NCBI GenBank assembly: GCA_963823665.1
Contig: CAWGMQ010000008.1
Span: 192,001 to 256,000 of the forward strand
Length of the DNA stretch: 64,000 nucleotides
Direction of reading: 5' to 3'
Origin: an uncultured Planctomycetota bacterium
GTDB lineage: Bacteria > Planctomycetota > Planctomycetia > Isosphaerales > Isosphaeraceae
The notes beneath the pieces are model-generated. The model did no database searches. It had not been told where the DNA came from and saw nothing but the letters and a program-made list of their open reading frames with translations. Every line of letters starts with the position of its first letter. Positions within the stretch are counted from its first letter, which is position 1. Positions 8,410-17,933 of the stretch are shown one piece after another. A program made the position numbers and the translations under genes.

Positions 8410-10043
8410 CGCTTGGCCTCCTCATCGAAAAGCAACCGTTGCTGACCTGGTTTCGGAGGAGCCTTCGGAAGGTTCTCAATCTTTAGACTGTAGTCATCGT
8501 GCCCCCACTCGCAACGCATCTCCACGTGCTTGGGAATCTTTCTTACCGTGAGATTCGGGAATTGATCTGACTTCCCTCGAAACGACGAGCAGAGCACCAG
8601 AAGCGATCGCTCGGAACCGACTTCGTCTGACAATTCCTGGAGCTGCTCGCGACTAAGATTCTGGGTCGTTACGTAAAGGAAGTCTCTTTCTGTCGAATGG
8701 CCATGTTGCCAGTAGACAGAATCACTCGGGGCGTAAGTAAAACCTTCTAACTTGCAGAGAGCCTCGGCGAGCATCTCGCCGTTGTAGGTCTTGCTTATTA
8801 CCAGACGGCCCCATTTGTCCTTCTCAAGCAGCGATGGCGCAAGCCTGTAATAACGAAACCCACCACCACCTTTCCACTCCGCTGCCTCCGTGATCCCCCC
8901 CGGATCGTCCCCGTCAATGACTTTTTTCAAGCGGGGAATGATATGCGAATGACAATGTTCTCCCAGTTCGACCATGATCCACCGTCGCCCCATTTTGTGG
9001 GCAACCGCACCCGTGGTGCCAGACCCTGCAAAGGAGTCAAGTACCCAATCACCAGGACTTGTTGAAAGCTGGATCACTCTGCGAAGGAGCTTTTCGGGCT
9101 TGGGAGTCTGAAAAACGTCGTCCTCACCATGAAACATTGCCTTCAAATCAATGCTCGCCTCTTTGTTGCTGCCTGACTCCTCATGGGTCCACCATGTGTT
9201 CGGAGTGAGTCCATCGGTCATCTCGCTGAGAAACTTTTTGAGCATTGGGCGACCGTCCCCACTTCGTCCAAAAGTGATACGGTTATCCGCCAACCAGGCT
9301 TTATACTGTTCTTCGTTGCACCGCCAGTATCTACCCTTGGGAGGGTAAAACACCGCTCCTGTCGGGCCAGTGATTGGAAATTGCCCTGCGGCGTAAAACT
9401 TGCCCGCTGAGAGATTTTCGGCTTTCCAAGGGCCCCTCGCATCATTATCAAAACTCGAGAATTTCTCTTTTTGCTCTTGTGTTCGCGGGAGCTTGCCCAT
9501 AGTAAACTTAGTCCCATCCTTCGCATACACAAGAATATGATCGTGTGTATTCGAGATGTGTTTTGCGGTCTGATTCGATGTATAGGCTTTTTGCCACACG
9601 ATATTTGCGACAAAATTGGGCCTTCCGAAAACCTCGTCGCAAAGGACTTTGAGGTAATGAGCTTCTGTGTCGTCAATCGTGATCCAAATCGAACCACGGG
9701 AATGAAGTAGCGTCCGAAGTACCTCAAGCCTCTCTCTTATCATCGACAACCACAGCGAATGCTCGACCCCATCATCGTAATGCTCGAATGCAGCGCCAGT
9801 ATTATATGGTGGGTCTATAAATATACAGTGAATGCTATTAGCAAAGTGATGTTCAAGAGCTTTAAGTGCGAGTAAGTTGTCATCTTTAACTAGTATATTG
9901 TCAAAGATATCAGAGTCAGTCAGTCTATGTTGCGCGTGATAGGATCGCTCCGGCGATTCCAGAAGAATCCTCGGCTCCAGCCGTGGCCGGTTCTCTTTAC
10001 CGATCCAGGTCAGTTCTAGTCGTTGCTTCTTGCTCATGGTCAA
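8406..10043 (-). CDS. mod: Type III R-M Mod subunit (N6-adenine DNA methyltransferase)
   Basis: FIDPPYNTG, TPKPEKLL, VLDSFAGSGTTGAVA. ATGA overlaps with both neighbours. Confidence 0.95.
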   Translation of the reverse strand: MTMSKKQRLELTWIGKENRPRLEPRILLESPERSYHAQHRLTDSDIFDNILVKDDNLLALKALEHHFANSIHCIFIDPPYNTGAAFEHYDDGVEHSLWLSMIRERLEVLRTLLHSRGSIWITIDDTEAHYLKVLCDEVFGRPNFVANIVWQKAYTSNQTAKHISNTHDHILVYAKDGTKFTMGKLPRTQEQKEKFSSFDNDARGPWKAENLSAGKFYAAGQFPITGPTGAVFYPPKGRYWRCNEEQYKAWLADNRITFGRSGDGRPMLKKFLSEMTDGLTPNTWWTHEESGSNKEASIDLKAMFHGEDDVFQTPKPEKLLRRVIQLSTSPGDWVLDSFAGSGTTGAVAHKMGRRWIMVELGEHCHSHIIPRLKKVIDGDDPGGITEAAEWKGGGGFRYYRLAPSLLEKDKWGRLVISKTYNGEMLAEALCKLEGFTYAPSDSVYWQHGHSTERDFLYVTTQNLSREQLQELSDEVGSERSLLVLCSSFRGKSDQFPNLTVRKIPKHVEMRCEWGHDDYSLKIENLPKAPPKPGQQRLLFDEEAKR

Positions 10044-11866
10044 TTCGTAGCAGGTGTTTGTGTGGTTGGCGAGTCATTTACCTGAGGGGCTCTTGACCCA
10101 TCGCGTTGGTGACGATCTTGTTCAACAAGCCGACGAAGCACGCCATCCGCCAGCTGCTGGGCATCGGTCAAGTTTCTGAATATGGCTAGATAACCCTTTA
10201 CTCCTTGTAACTGTGCGGAGTCTGTCAGAATCGCCTCGGCGATCAAGTTCGTTTGTTGAGACAAGGACGTTTTGTCCGCATCAGTGAGCTGTAAGTCCAC
10301 TCTAGTCAGAACGTCCTTCAGTCGGTGTGCGACAAATGCCATGGTGAAATAACGACCATGACGGAAGAACATGCGGCGGTGATATACTGTCTCCGACCGC
10401 TCCGAGTCCGCCAATATCTGGTCCAGCAATCGGTGAATGCGGACTAGGCGGCAAATCCTGAGGCTCGTCACGTTCGAGCCAAAGATCAGCTTGTAGTATT
10501 CAGAGTTTTGATCCCAAAGCCTGCTGACCTCCTTTTTGGCGGCAACGACCAAGTCGATCGCATGGAGATGGGGTTGTCTACGGCTTTCGCGTGTTTGCAC
10601 TTCGACGCTTGAGAGGATCGGTTGTGACAAGCAGGCGAGGGCAAGAGCCGCCTCCTCTACCGTAAACGAATCGTCGCGTCGAACTCTGGCGTCCGCCGAG
10701 GGACGATAATGATAGGTGATCCCGGTGACGGCAAGTTCTTGCCGGATTCGTTCTTGGTTCGGGTCGAGCGCGGCGAAGTCAATACCTCTGGCGGCTGTCT
10801 GGAGATTGCGAGCCTGTGTTACTCTTCGCCCGAAGTCATCATTAGCTGTCCCGATCTCGATGACCGTGATCATCAGCTTAGCATCGAGTGAGATGTCACC
10901 TTCCATGGCTGCGGTGGCAATGGAACCTGCGGGCTGCGCTCCGTTGACGATAGAAACCTTCTCCAAGCGGAAATTGTTTCGATCGGAGTTCCCTCCTCCT
11001 GGAACGATACTCTCTGCCACCGCCGTCAGGCCGTTATTCAAGTAGAAGAGGTCGCCAGGCCTCCGTCGTACTGTCTCTTCGATGGCGGCGTTAACGCCTA
11101 CGGAACCCAAGTAATGTCGGATATTTCGCTCAAACAGAGCTTTGCCCTTGTCCTCGACGAGTTCTGCTAAATCAGCGGCACTGATTTGTCCATAGATGGC
11201 CTTTCGGGGAGTAGTAATGTGTGCCCAATTCTCGAGGAAGACGTCAACCGATGCTATGGGAGGCGCTTCTTCCTCGACCAGCCACCCGAAGACAGTAGAA
11301 ATCCCACACTTTTTCCAGAGCATTCTCTGGCTCAGACGGTTCATCTGCGTTTGCAGAGCATCAAGGTCGGTCGTGGCGTGCGGTCCAAGGGTTTCGCCGA
11401 GGAAGACGACGATTACTTCGAACACGACACCGGGGCTATCGAGTGCCTCCTCGATCTCGTCGAGGCGGTTCTGGAAGTGCGCGTTAAACTCCTGGAAGCG
11501 GCGATCCTGGAGTGCACGAATCCCATTGATAGTCTTTTGAACCTCTTCCTGGCTGGGTGCCGTACCTGTTCGCTTATATTTAGACTGAACGATGACGAGG
11601 CGGTTTCGTGCTTTGTCGAAGAGGAACGCATCGATACCGAAGTCGTCGTCTCCATCTGTCAAAGCACCTGCGGCGGCGACGTCGTCGACTTCCGATAGAC
11701 CGACAAGGCAGTAGGCGGCGAGTGCTCTCGATAGACGATCGACGTCGTGCGTTTCCTCGTTCCAACCCTGACGTTGGGGTTTCTCGACCTTCGGCACGAG
11801 CGGAAAGAACCGCTGCCGGAGCGCCATCTCGACGTGAACAACCTGTATTTCTTGCTCGGTTGGCAT
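10040..11866 (-). CDS. AIPR family protein (abortive infection phage resistance, R-M associated)
   Basis: TDGDDDFGIDA...VQSK N-terminal nuclease-like motif; LFERNIRHYLG, FYLNNGLT, IVNGAQ. Confidence 0.88.
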   Translation of the reverse strand: MPTEQEIQVVHVEMALRQRFFPLVPKVEKPQRQGWNEETHDVDRLSRALAAYCLVGLSEVDDVAAAGALTDGDDDFGIDAFLFDKARNRLVIVQSKYKRTGTAPSQEEVQKTINGIRALQDRRFQEFNAHFQNRLDEIEEALDSPGVVFEVIVVFLGETLGPHATTDLDALQTQMNRLSQRMLWKKCGISTVFGWLVEEEAPPIASVDVFLENWAHITTPRKAIYGQISAADLAELVEDKGKALFERNIRHYLGSVGVNAAIEETVRRRPGDLFYLNNGLTAVAESIVPGGGNSDRNNFRLEKVSIVNGAQPAGSIATAAMEGDISLDAKLMITVIEIGTANDDFGRRVTQARNLQTAARGIDFAALDPNQERIRQELAVTGITYHYRPSADARVRRDDSFTVEEAALALACLSQPILSSVEVQTRESRRQPHLHAIDLVVAAKKEVSRLWDQNSEYYKLIFGSNVTSLRICRLVRIHRLLDQILADSERSETVYHRRMFFRHGRYFTMAFVAHRLKDVLTRVDLQLTDADKTSLSQQTNLIAEAILTDSAQLQGVKGYLAIFRNLTDAQQLADGVLRRLVEQDRHQRDGSRAPQVNDSPTTQTPATN

Positions 11867-11870
11867 GGGG

Positions 11871-14723
11871 TTACGACAGTTTCCAACGGATCGAGAATAG
11901 CTCGACGATGCTTACATTCTGTGACAGCTTCCCCTCGATCTGGGCGATCAGCTCGCCCCTCTGTCGATCCACCTCGTCCTGCGCGTCGAACAGGGTTCTT
12001 CTCTTCTGGTTGCGTAGAGCTTCAAGGTTCTTAACCTGTTTCTGGCCGGCAAGCTTCTCCTCCAAGGCGAGAGCGGCACTTGCCGTCCTTCGAGCCTCCT
12101 TGACTTGGCGATCAATTTCCTTGATCTCCCTTTCCAGACCCAGCTTGATGTCGTCGGCCCAGCCATCGAGCTTTTCGGCTTCGGCCTCGAAGAAACCGGC
12201 ATTACGTTCCGAAATTCGTTTCTGAATTTCTGCCTTCCGCGAATCCCGCATCTTCTCAAGCGGCGCATCGACCTGCACATTCCAATCTGCGGAACCTATC
12301 ACTCGTCCCGGGACCGTCAAGAGCCGTCGCGATGTCTCCTCATCCATGAGGTTCCCCTCCTCGGTGACGCCGGCAAAGACGAGATAATCCTCGGCTTGGT
12401 TGAGTGACTCGATGGTTAATTCGCTCAGGGTTAGGTAGCCACTCTTCCCATGCATAGGTTCGAGAAGCGTCACCTTTCCGTCGTGGTCACTGTATGAGAA
12501 TTCGACCTCGACTTTGGGTAGGTCGCGGGATTTCGCTTGGCTGAGGATCGCCTCGGCAAGGGGGTGACCGGTACGATACAGGTGGGCTTCTCCTGACCGT
12601 CTCGGCAATTCGTAAAGGCCCGCTGGTATATGAGTCCCGAACGGGCTGTTCTTGAGCCGGAACGCGGAATCGCTCAAGAACTCGGCGTAGCCGTTGAGCT
12701 CGTGCCGGGTGAGTTGCATCAATAGCCGCTCAAACTGGTTCAGATAGGCTTTGGACGCTTCATCCCGGATCTTGAGCTTCTCCCGGACTTCGTCGTCGAA
12801 ATTCTCAAGGAGTTGACGGCGCGTCTTGGTCATCGCCTCGTTGATCTCCATGCTCAGTTCGAGTTGGAGCTGGTCGAATGCTGCCTGGATCTCCGTGGGT
12901 TTCCGGCATCGCTGGTAGATGGCCGCGATACGCTTCTCAAAATCCACGCCCGACTCAATCGCGCCGAGCACTTCGTCGCTGGCACCAAAGACCCCTTCGA
13001 AAAGCTGAAACTTCTCGGAGAGTAGTTCGAAAACGCGAAGGTCGGCTTCGTTCGAGCGGTTGAGGAAGTTAACGACAACGACGTCGTGCTTCTGCCCATA
13101 ACGATGACAGCGTCCGATCCGCTGCTCGATGCGCTGGGGATTCCATGGAAGGTCGTAGTTCACTACGAGTGAGCAGAACTGAAGGTTGATCCCCTCGGCT
13201 CCGGCCTCGGTCGCGATCATGATCCGCCCCTCTTCGCGGAAGTAATCCACGAGCGCAGAGCGCATATCAGCCGTTCGTGAGCCGGTGACGCGATCTGTCC
13301 CTTGGTGTCGGTCCAGCCAGGCTTTATAGATCGCCTTGGAGCGGTCGTCCGTATTGGTGCCATTGAAGAGAACGATTCCGTGAGAGAACGGGCTGTCGGC
13401 CAGAACGCGTAAGAGATAGTTCTGGGTCTTACGAGATTCAGTGAAGACGATCGCTTTCTGGGCGGCTCCTAACTCATCCGCTTTCGCGAATGCCGCGGAA
13501 AGAGCCTGAAGCAACGCCTTGCCTTTCGCGTTGTGCTCGATCGAGGTGGCTAGAGCCGCGAATGATTCGAGGTCCGCGATTTCCTGTTCGAGCGCCTTTC
13601 GATCAGCCTCGGTCAGCGGTTTGGCCACCTCGTCTTCCGTCCACTCCTCGGCTGTTTCATCTAAAGCCTCGTACTCCTCTTCAAATTCCTTTTCGAGCGA
13701 GAACATCGACTCTTGCTTCCTCAGCGTAGACTTGAGGCGATTCGAGATTGAGGTTAGGGCTCCGGCGATGGCAAAAGTCGATGATGCGAGCAACTTCCGG
13801 AGGACAAGCGTCATCAAAGACCGCTGGCCTGCCGGAAGAGCCTGGAGGTTCTCGCGTCGCAGATAGTCCGAAACCAGATTATAGAGACGGTCCTCACCCT
13901 CTTCGGGCGTATATTCCTGAACGATCGGCAGTCTCTGGGTATAGGGGATATAGTGCGTCACTTGTCGGCGGAGCGTGCGGTGGCAGATGGGCCTCAGACG
14001 CGCCTTGAGCGTCTGAAATACCAACTCCTGGCTGACGTTGGCGAATTGTTCGCGAAAGCTCTTAAGATCGCCAAAGGTATGCTCATCGATAAAGCTGACG
14101 AGCCCAAAAAGCTCTAGGAGTGAGTTCTGAAGCGGCGTTGCAGTCAGCAAGAGCTTGTTGCGTTCCTTGAGTGCCTGCTTCAGTGTGTTCGCGATGACAT
14201 TTGAGGGTTTGTAGACGTTCCGGAGACGATGGGCCTCGTCGATAACGACAAGGTCCCAGGCCGTGTTGTGAACGTCGGCTGCCTTGCTTCTCGCGAATTG
14301 ATAAGAACAAATAACGACCGTGTCGGATGGCTCGAAGGGTCGTAAGTTGCCTCGTTTGATCGCCTCGTTATAAGACCGAGCTTCGAGGATTTGGCAAGGA
14401 AGAAAGAACTTTTCCGTCAGCTCTTGGTGCCACTGCTTTCGGAGGTTCGATGGGGTGATGACCAGGATTCGCCGTTTACGCTCCGCCCAGATCTGTGAGA
14501 GAACCAGCCCCGCCTCGATGGTCTTCCCGAGGCCGACCTCGTCAGCCAAGACGGCTCCCCTGGAAAACGGGGAGTGAAAAGCGAAGAGAGCCGCGTCCAC
14601 CTGATGCGGATTGAGATCGACTTGAGCGCCAGCAACCGCTGCCGCCAGTTTCTCAACACTGTCGGAGGAACACCGCTTAGTCAGTTCATGGGCGAAGTAT
14701 TTCGCGTGGTAGTCCGTGATCAT
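11871..14723 (-). CDS. SNF2-family helicase (RapA/HepA-like) heading the type III R-M operon
   Basis: LADEVGLGKT, DEAH, LTATPLQN, EGINLQ, YDLPWNPQRIEQRIGRCHRYGQ, C-terminal coiled coil. Confidence 0.93.
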   Translation of the reverse strand: MITDYHAKYFAHELTKRCSSDSVEKLAAAVAGAQVDLNPHQVDAALFAFHSPFSRGAVLADEVGLGKTIEAGLVLSQIWAERKRRILVITPSNLRKQWHQELTEKFFLPCQILEARSYNEAIKRGNLRPFEPSDTVVICSYQFARSKAADVHNTAWDLVVIDEAHRLRNVYKPSNVIANTLKQALKERNKLLLTATPLQNSLLELFGLVSFIDEHTFGDLKSFREQFANVSQELVFQTLKARLRPICHRTLRRQVTHYIPYTQRLPIVQEYTPEEGEDRLYNLVSDYLRRENLQALPAGQRSLMTLVLRKLLASSTFAIAGALTSISNRLKSTLRKQESMFSLEKEFEEEYEALDETAEEWTEDEVAKPLTEADRKALEQEIADLESFAALATSIEHNAKGKALLQALSAAFAKADELGAAQKAIVFTESRKTQNYLLRVLADSPFSHGIVLFNGTNTDDRSKAIYKAWLDRHQGTDRVTGSRTADMRSALVDYFREEGRIMIATEAGAEGINLQFCSLVVNYDLPWNPQRIEQRIGRCHRYGQKHDVVVVNFLNRSNEADLRVFELLSEKFQLFEGVFGASDEVLGAIESGVDFEKRIAAIYQRCRKPTEIQAAFDQLQLELSMEINEAMTKTRRQLLENFDDEVREKLKIRDEASKAYLNQFERLLMQLTRHELNGYAEFLSDSAFRLKNSPFGTHIPAGLYELPRRSGEAHLYRTGHPLAEAILSQAKSRDLPKVEVEFSYSDHDGKVTLLEPMHGKSGYLTLSELTIESLNQAEDYLVFAGVTEEGNLMDEETSRRLLTVPGRVIGSADWNVQVDAPLEKMRDSRKAEIQKRISERNAGFFEAEAEKLDGWADDIKLGLEREIKEIDRQVKEARRTASAALALEEKLAGQKQVKNLEALRNQKRRTLFDAQDEVDRQRGELIAQIEGKLSQNVSIVELFSIRWKLS

Positions 14724-15145
14724 TGTAGGATCGATGCATGCAAGGAGGAGTTGCTTTAGGAGTAGCTTCTTCTCAAGTTAAAATCAAGCAGATCAAGGAG
14801 ATGCATCATACCAGGTCCGTCGGGGTACTTCATCCTTCGCCCCCGCTCTAATGTACGGCGGCCGACGTCGTAGGCTCTGTACTATGTAAACCGTTATATT
14901 ACAAAAGGTTATAGAAACTCAGAGCGACCAGTCCTTCTGGTTTGTGTCTATTGGGCGAGCCTCATCCGATTGTTTAATATTTGGCAAACAATTACGTGTG
15001 CAGAGTATCCTGACCCAGACCAGCGGCGTCAGGTCATGGGTCCCGCGGGTCCGGATGCGGACCGCGATCGGTTCCTCGGCGGAGGAATGTTTCGGCCGGT
15101 CACGCTGGGGCGTGGCTTTAATCGTGTTGGCGGTCTTGAGAGCAA

Positions 15146-15490
15146 CTACTTCTTGAGAATCAGGTAGACGATTGTCCCGTAAAGGGCGGCCATGCCTGAA
15201 AGGAAGACTAGTCCGAGCAACGCTTCGATGGCCAGCCGGACCCTGGGCCACCTTCGGCCGATCGTGTCCCAGAAAAAGATCGTTCCCCAAACAAGGGTGA
15301 GCACGGCGGCCAGGACGACGTCGTGATCGGGGCTGCGGGGAAAGGATTTCAGGGAGTTGGACAGATACGGGTAGGTCACGATGAACGTGATCGCAATGCC
15401 GGGCCTCGGGTTAATCGTCCGGGCCGGGTAGCTGCTGCGGTGTGGAGCGGTTCCTGACATATAACAATCACATAGCGCATCTAGCGCCAA
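15146..15490 (-). CDS. Small putative membrane protein (start uncertain)
   Basis: Two hydrophobic segments in the C-terminal ~60 aa, ending LILKK. Confidence 0.35.
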   Translation of the reverse strand: MALDALCDCYMSGTAPHRSSYPARTINPRPGIAITFIVTYPYLSNSLKSFPRSPDHDVVLAAVLTLVWGTIFFWDTIGRRWPRVRLAIEALLGLVFLSGMAALYGTIVYLILKK

Positions 15491-15704
15491 AGCTCCAGCG
15501 GAATCAAACTGGCTGCGTAGGGACCGTCATGGCTCGGGTGGAGGCGGATTTGTAGCACCCAAGATCGATTCGCTCTTCTGGAGGCCGTCTAAATCGTTCC
15601 TAGGGCACTCCGGCCTTGGAACCGATCTCCCCCTTCCCTGAAAAACACTTCCTTTGCTTCCCCTCCTCCGAACTTTGACAGGTTTCATAGGACACTTACA
15701 GAAG

Positions 15705-16217
15705 TTGTCCACAGGCTGATCACGTTAAGTAAGTTATATAAATAATACTTAAAGTTAAACAGTTAGCACCTCAATATCTCTCTGAGTTACCGAAGAAATC
15801 GGGCAATTCGTGCGCCTGATAGGCCGAGCCTTTGCGCCCAATAGGCCGGGAGCAAATGCGGCTAATAGGCCGAGCATGGTGCGCCCAATAGGCCGTGTCA
15901 TTTCACAGCCTCCGGACGAAGATTCGGTGGCTGGCCCCCTCGCCCGACCCGTTGAGGATTTGCGCCTGATAGGCCGTCCCCTTGGATGCCATACTTCCGG
16001 AAGCGGAATCACAACCGTCTGCCTTCGTCGGGGACTTATAAACGCCCCCCTCCCCCGTTTTTGTGGGCGGGATACGCTCAATAGGCCGTGTATAACACGT
16101 CGTTGCTGGATCACTTACGCCTAATAGGCGGTGTCCAGTCATCGCCCCCTCGCCTCTTTGCGTCTAATAGGCCGTGTCCAGTCATCGCCCCCTCCCCCCG
16201 TTGCGTCCAATAGGCCG
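15705..16217. other. Plasmid-type replication origin: DnaA-like box, AT-rich tract and nine 16-bp iterons
   Basis: TTGTCCACA at 15705-15713. AT-rich tract ~15725-15765. Repeats TRCG.YYRATAGGCSG start at 15811, 15833, 15857, 15880, 15961, 16073, 16116, 16159 and 16202. Directly downstream of the repA remnant. Confidence 0.8.
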
Positions 16218-16223
16218 TGCTCC

Positions 16224-16568
16224 CTACTTGGCTATCTCGCTGAACTTTATCGATTTCGAGTTAATGCCACGGGCAACCCGGCGACGGGCATGACGCGGGG
16301 ACTCGTATCGCGGGTCGTCCAGTGAGAGCTGGTCGCGCTTTAGGAAATGAATGATCTCCTCCCCCTCCTCATTCTTGTGGAGCAGCGCCGTGTACTCCGG
16401 CAGCGAGTCAGCATCGACCACCTTGCGGACGTCGATGGCGAAGTCAGAGAAGCGCGAGGTTGAGCCGGACTTTTCGTAGAGCTGGCGCATGGTGAACTGC
16501 CATCCGCCCTCCTGCTGGCCGGCATGCTTGCGGGCAACCCGGTAAAGCCAGAGTACCCAGACACCCAT
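16224..16568 (-). pseudogene. repA: Replication initiator protein A (RPA family) C-terminal remnant
   Basis: WLYRVARKHAGQQEGGWQFTMRQLYEKSGSTSRFSDFAIDVRKVVDADSLPEY matches the remembered C-terminus of plasmid RepA (RPA) proteins. The N-terminal part is missing. Confidence 0.8.
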
Positions 16569-16802
16569 CCTTTTGTCATAAAAACCCAGATTCCAGACGA
16601 ACCGTCAACTACGCTGCCGACATCGTGATCTGCTGCTGCGCCGGCACCGATCAGGCGATGGCGACGATGCGATCGATGACGTTCATGCTGAAGGAATTCA
16701 CGGTAGCCGGACCGTTACATGTACCAGAAGTTGAGCCTTTACCAGCTCAATCTTGCCGGCACGAGCTTCTCGTCCGCGCCTGTCCCGCCGCGATCGGCGG
16801 GC

Positions 16803-17574
16803 TCATTCGTCTGTTGCAGGCGTCGCCGGCGGTCTCCGATCAGAGCGTTTGGTGGCCGGCGTTCTTGGAGAATCGGCATTGCCGCCGTCATCAAGCCTTC
16901 GCGATCGCTCGAGCACGTCGCTTGGCCGTCGCGTTGAACGGCCCGCACTGCGGGGGAGGGCGGGCGCGGGCGGGATGCGTCTGCCGCTCTTGTCGTCACC
17001 TGCTCTTTCCAAGGGATCGCGCCCGGTCGCTGCACCCGCGCGGCCGCCGCGCCTCCGCGCCGCGCCGGGCCGCCGGGACGTTGCCCTCATCCGCTGCTGC
17101 CGGCTCGTCGCCGCGGCCGCTTGGGGTGTATTCTCGTAGCAGGATGGCCCGCTTACTGGGGTTTTCCTCCGAAAAGTAAGCCAGATACTTCTGCGTGACT
17201 GATCCCAGCTCCGCGTTGTTGCGAGCACTGCGTTTCTTGGCAAGCTCGCGCCTGTCCCGTTCGAGGTCCGTCCGCACCTTCCAGTAACGCACGCCCGCGC
17301 CATAGCGTTCTGTCGATAAACGAGAGCCGCCTTCCTCCTCGGTCAGCCACCGCTCGAATGGGGTCTCGCCCCGCGCCAGCCCCCGCGCCGGTGCGGCTGC
17401 GCCGCCCGTCTCGGGCCTGATCGGATAGACATACTGGTCGTACTGCGAATTGTACGGGCGGAACGGATCCGGCCCGAAGCCTTGGCCATGGGCCGTCCCA
17501 AGCCCTTGGTTCGCGGCGGTGATGCAGAACCCCGCGAACAGAAATCGGATCCACCGGTCGCGAGTCCATCTCAT
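16803..17574 (-). CDS. Secreted hypothetical protein, probably frameshifted near 17050-17100
   Basis: Signal-like N-terminus MRWTRDRWIRFLFAGFCITAA. The low-complexity tail appears to continue in the 16803..17303 frame. Confidence 0.55.
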
Positions 17575-17933
17575 GTCTCGGTCCCCCTCGAATCCGCCCA
17601 GGCTCGGGCGCAATAGCGCTACGATAATAGATTGTATCAATTACATCGTCGTTCGCTACCCAGGAGTTCCAGTCAGCATGCTGCTCGGCCGGAAAAATGA
17701 CGCCGATCCGACCAGTGGTCCGTTCTTTGCCGGATCGCCCGCCGGCTCACTCGCTCCAGCGTCGCGGTGCGCGTCGGAGCCTCGTCGTGCGTTCCTGATA
17801 ACTTTTGGGCCCCCAGGTGGAACCGCGCAATGGATCGGTTATGATTGTTTGCAGTCCAACGATCGAGTTTCGCTTCTTTCCGCGCCGGCTGTCACGACCG
17901 TGCGGTCGGTCAAGCCGGAAGGGGTTCGCGACC

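Noticed and set aside
5710..14723. DISARM or BREX system
   Set aside because: An SNF2 helicase and methylase are present, but drmA/B/C and pglZ/brxC are not. A type III Res subunit is present instead.
14880..15015. Resolvase res site or xer/dif site in the AT-rich stretch upstream of the SNF2 gene
   Set aside because: No clear dyad could be defined by eye and no recombinase gene is adjacent.
15811..16217. CRISPR or type III antitoxin repeat array
   Set aside because: Repeats are only 16 bp, degenerate and helically phased, and they sit beside repA, a DnaA-like box and an AT-rich tract. Iterons explain them better.
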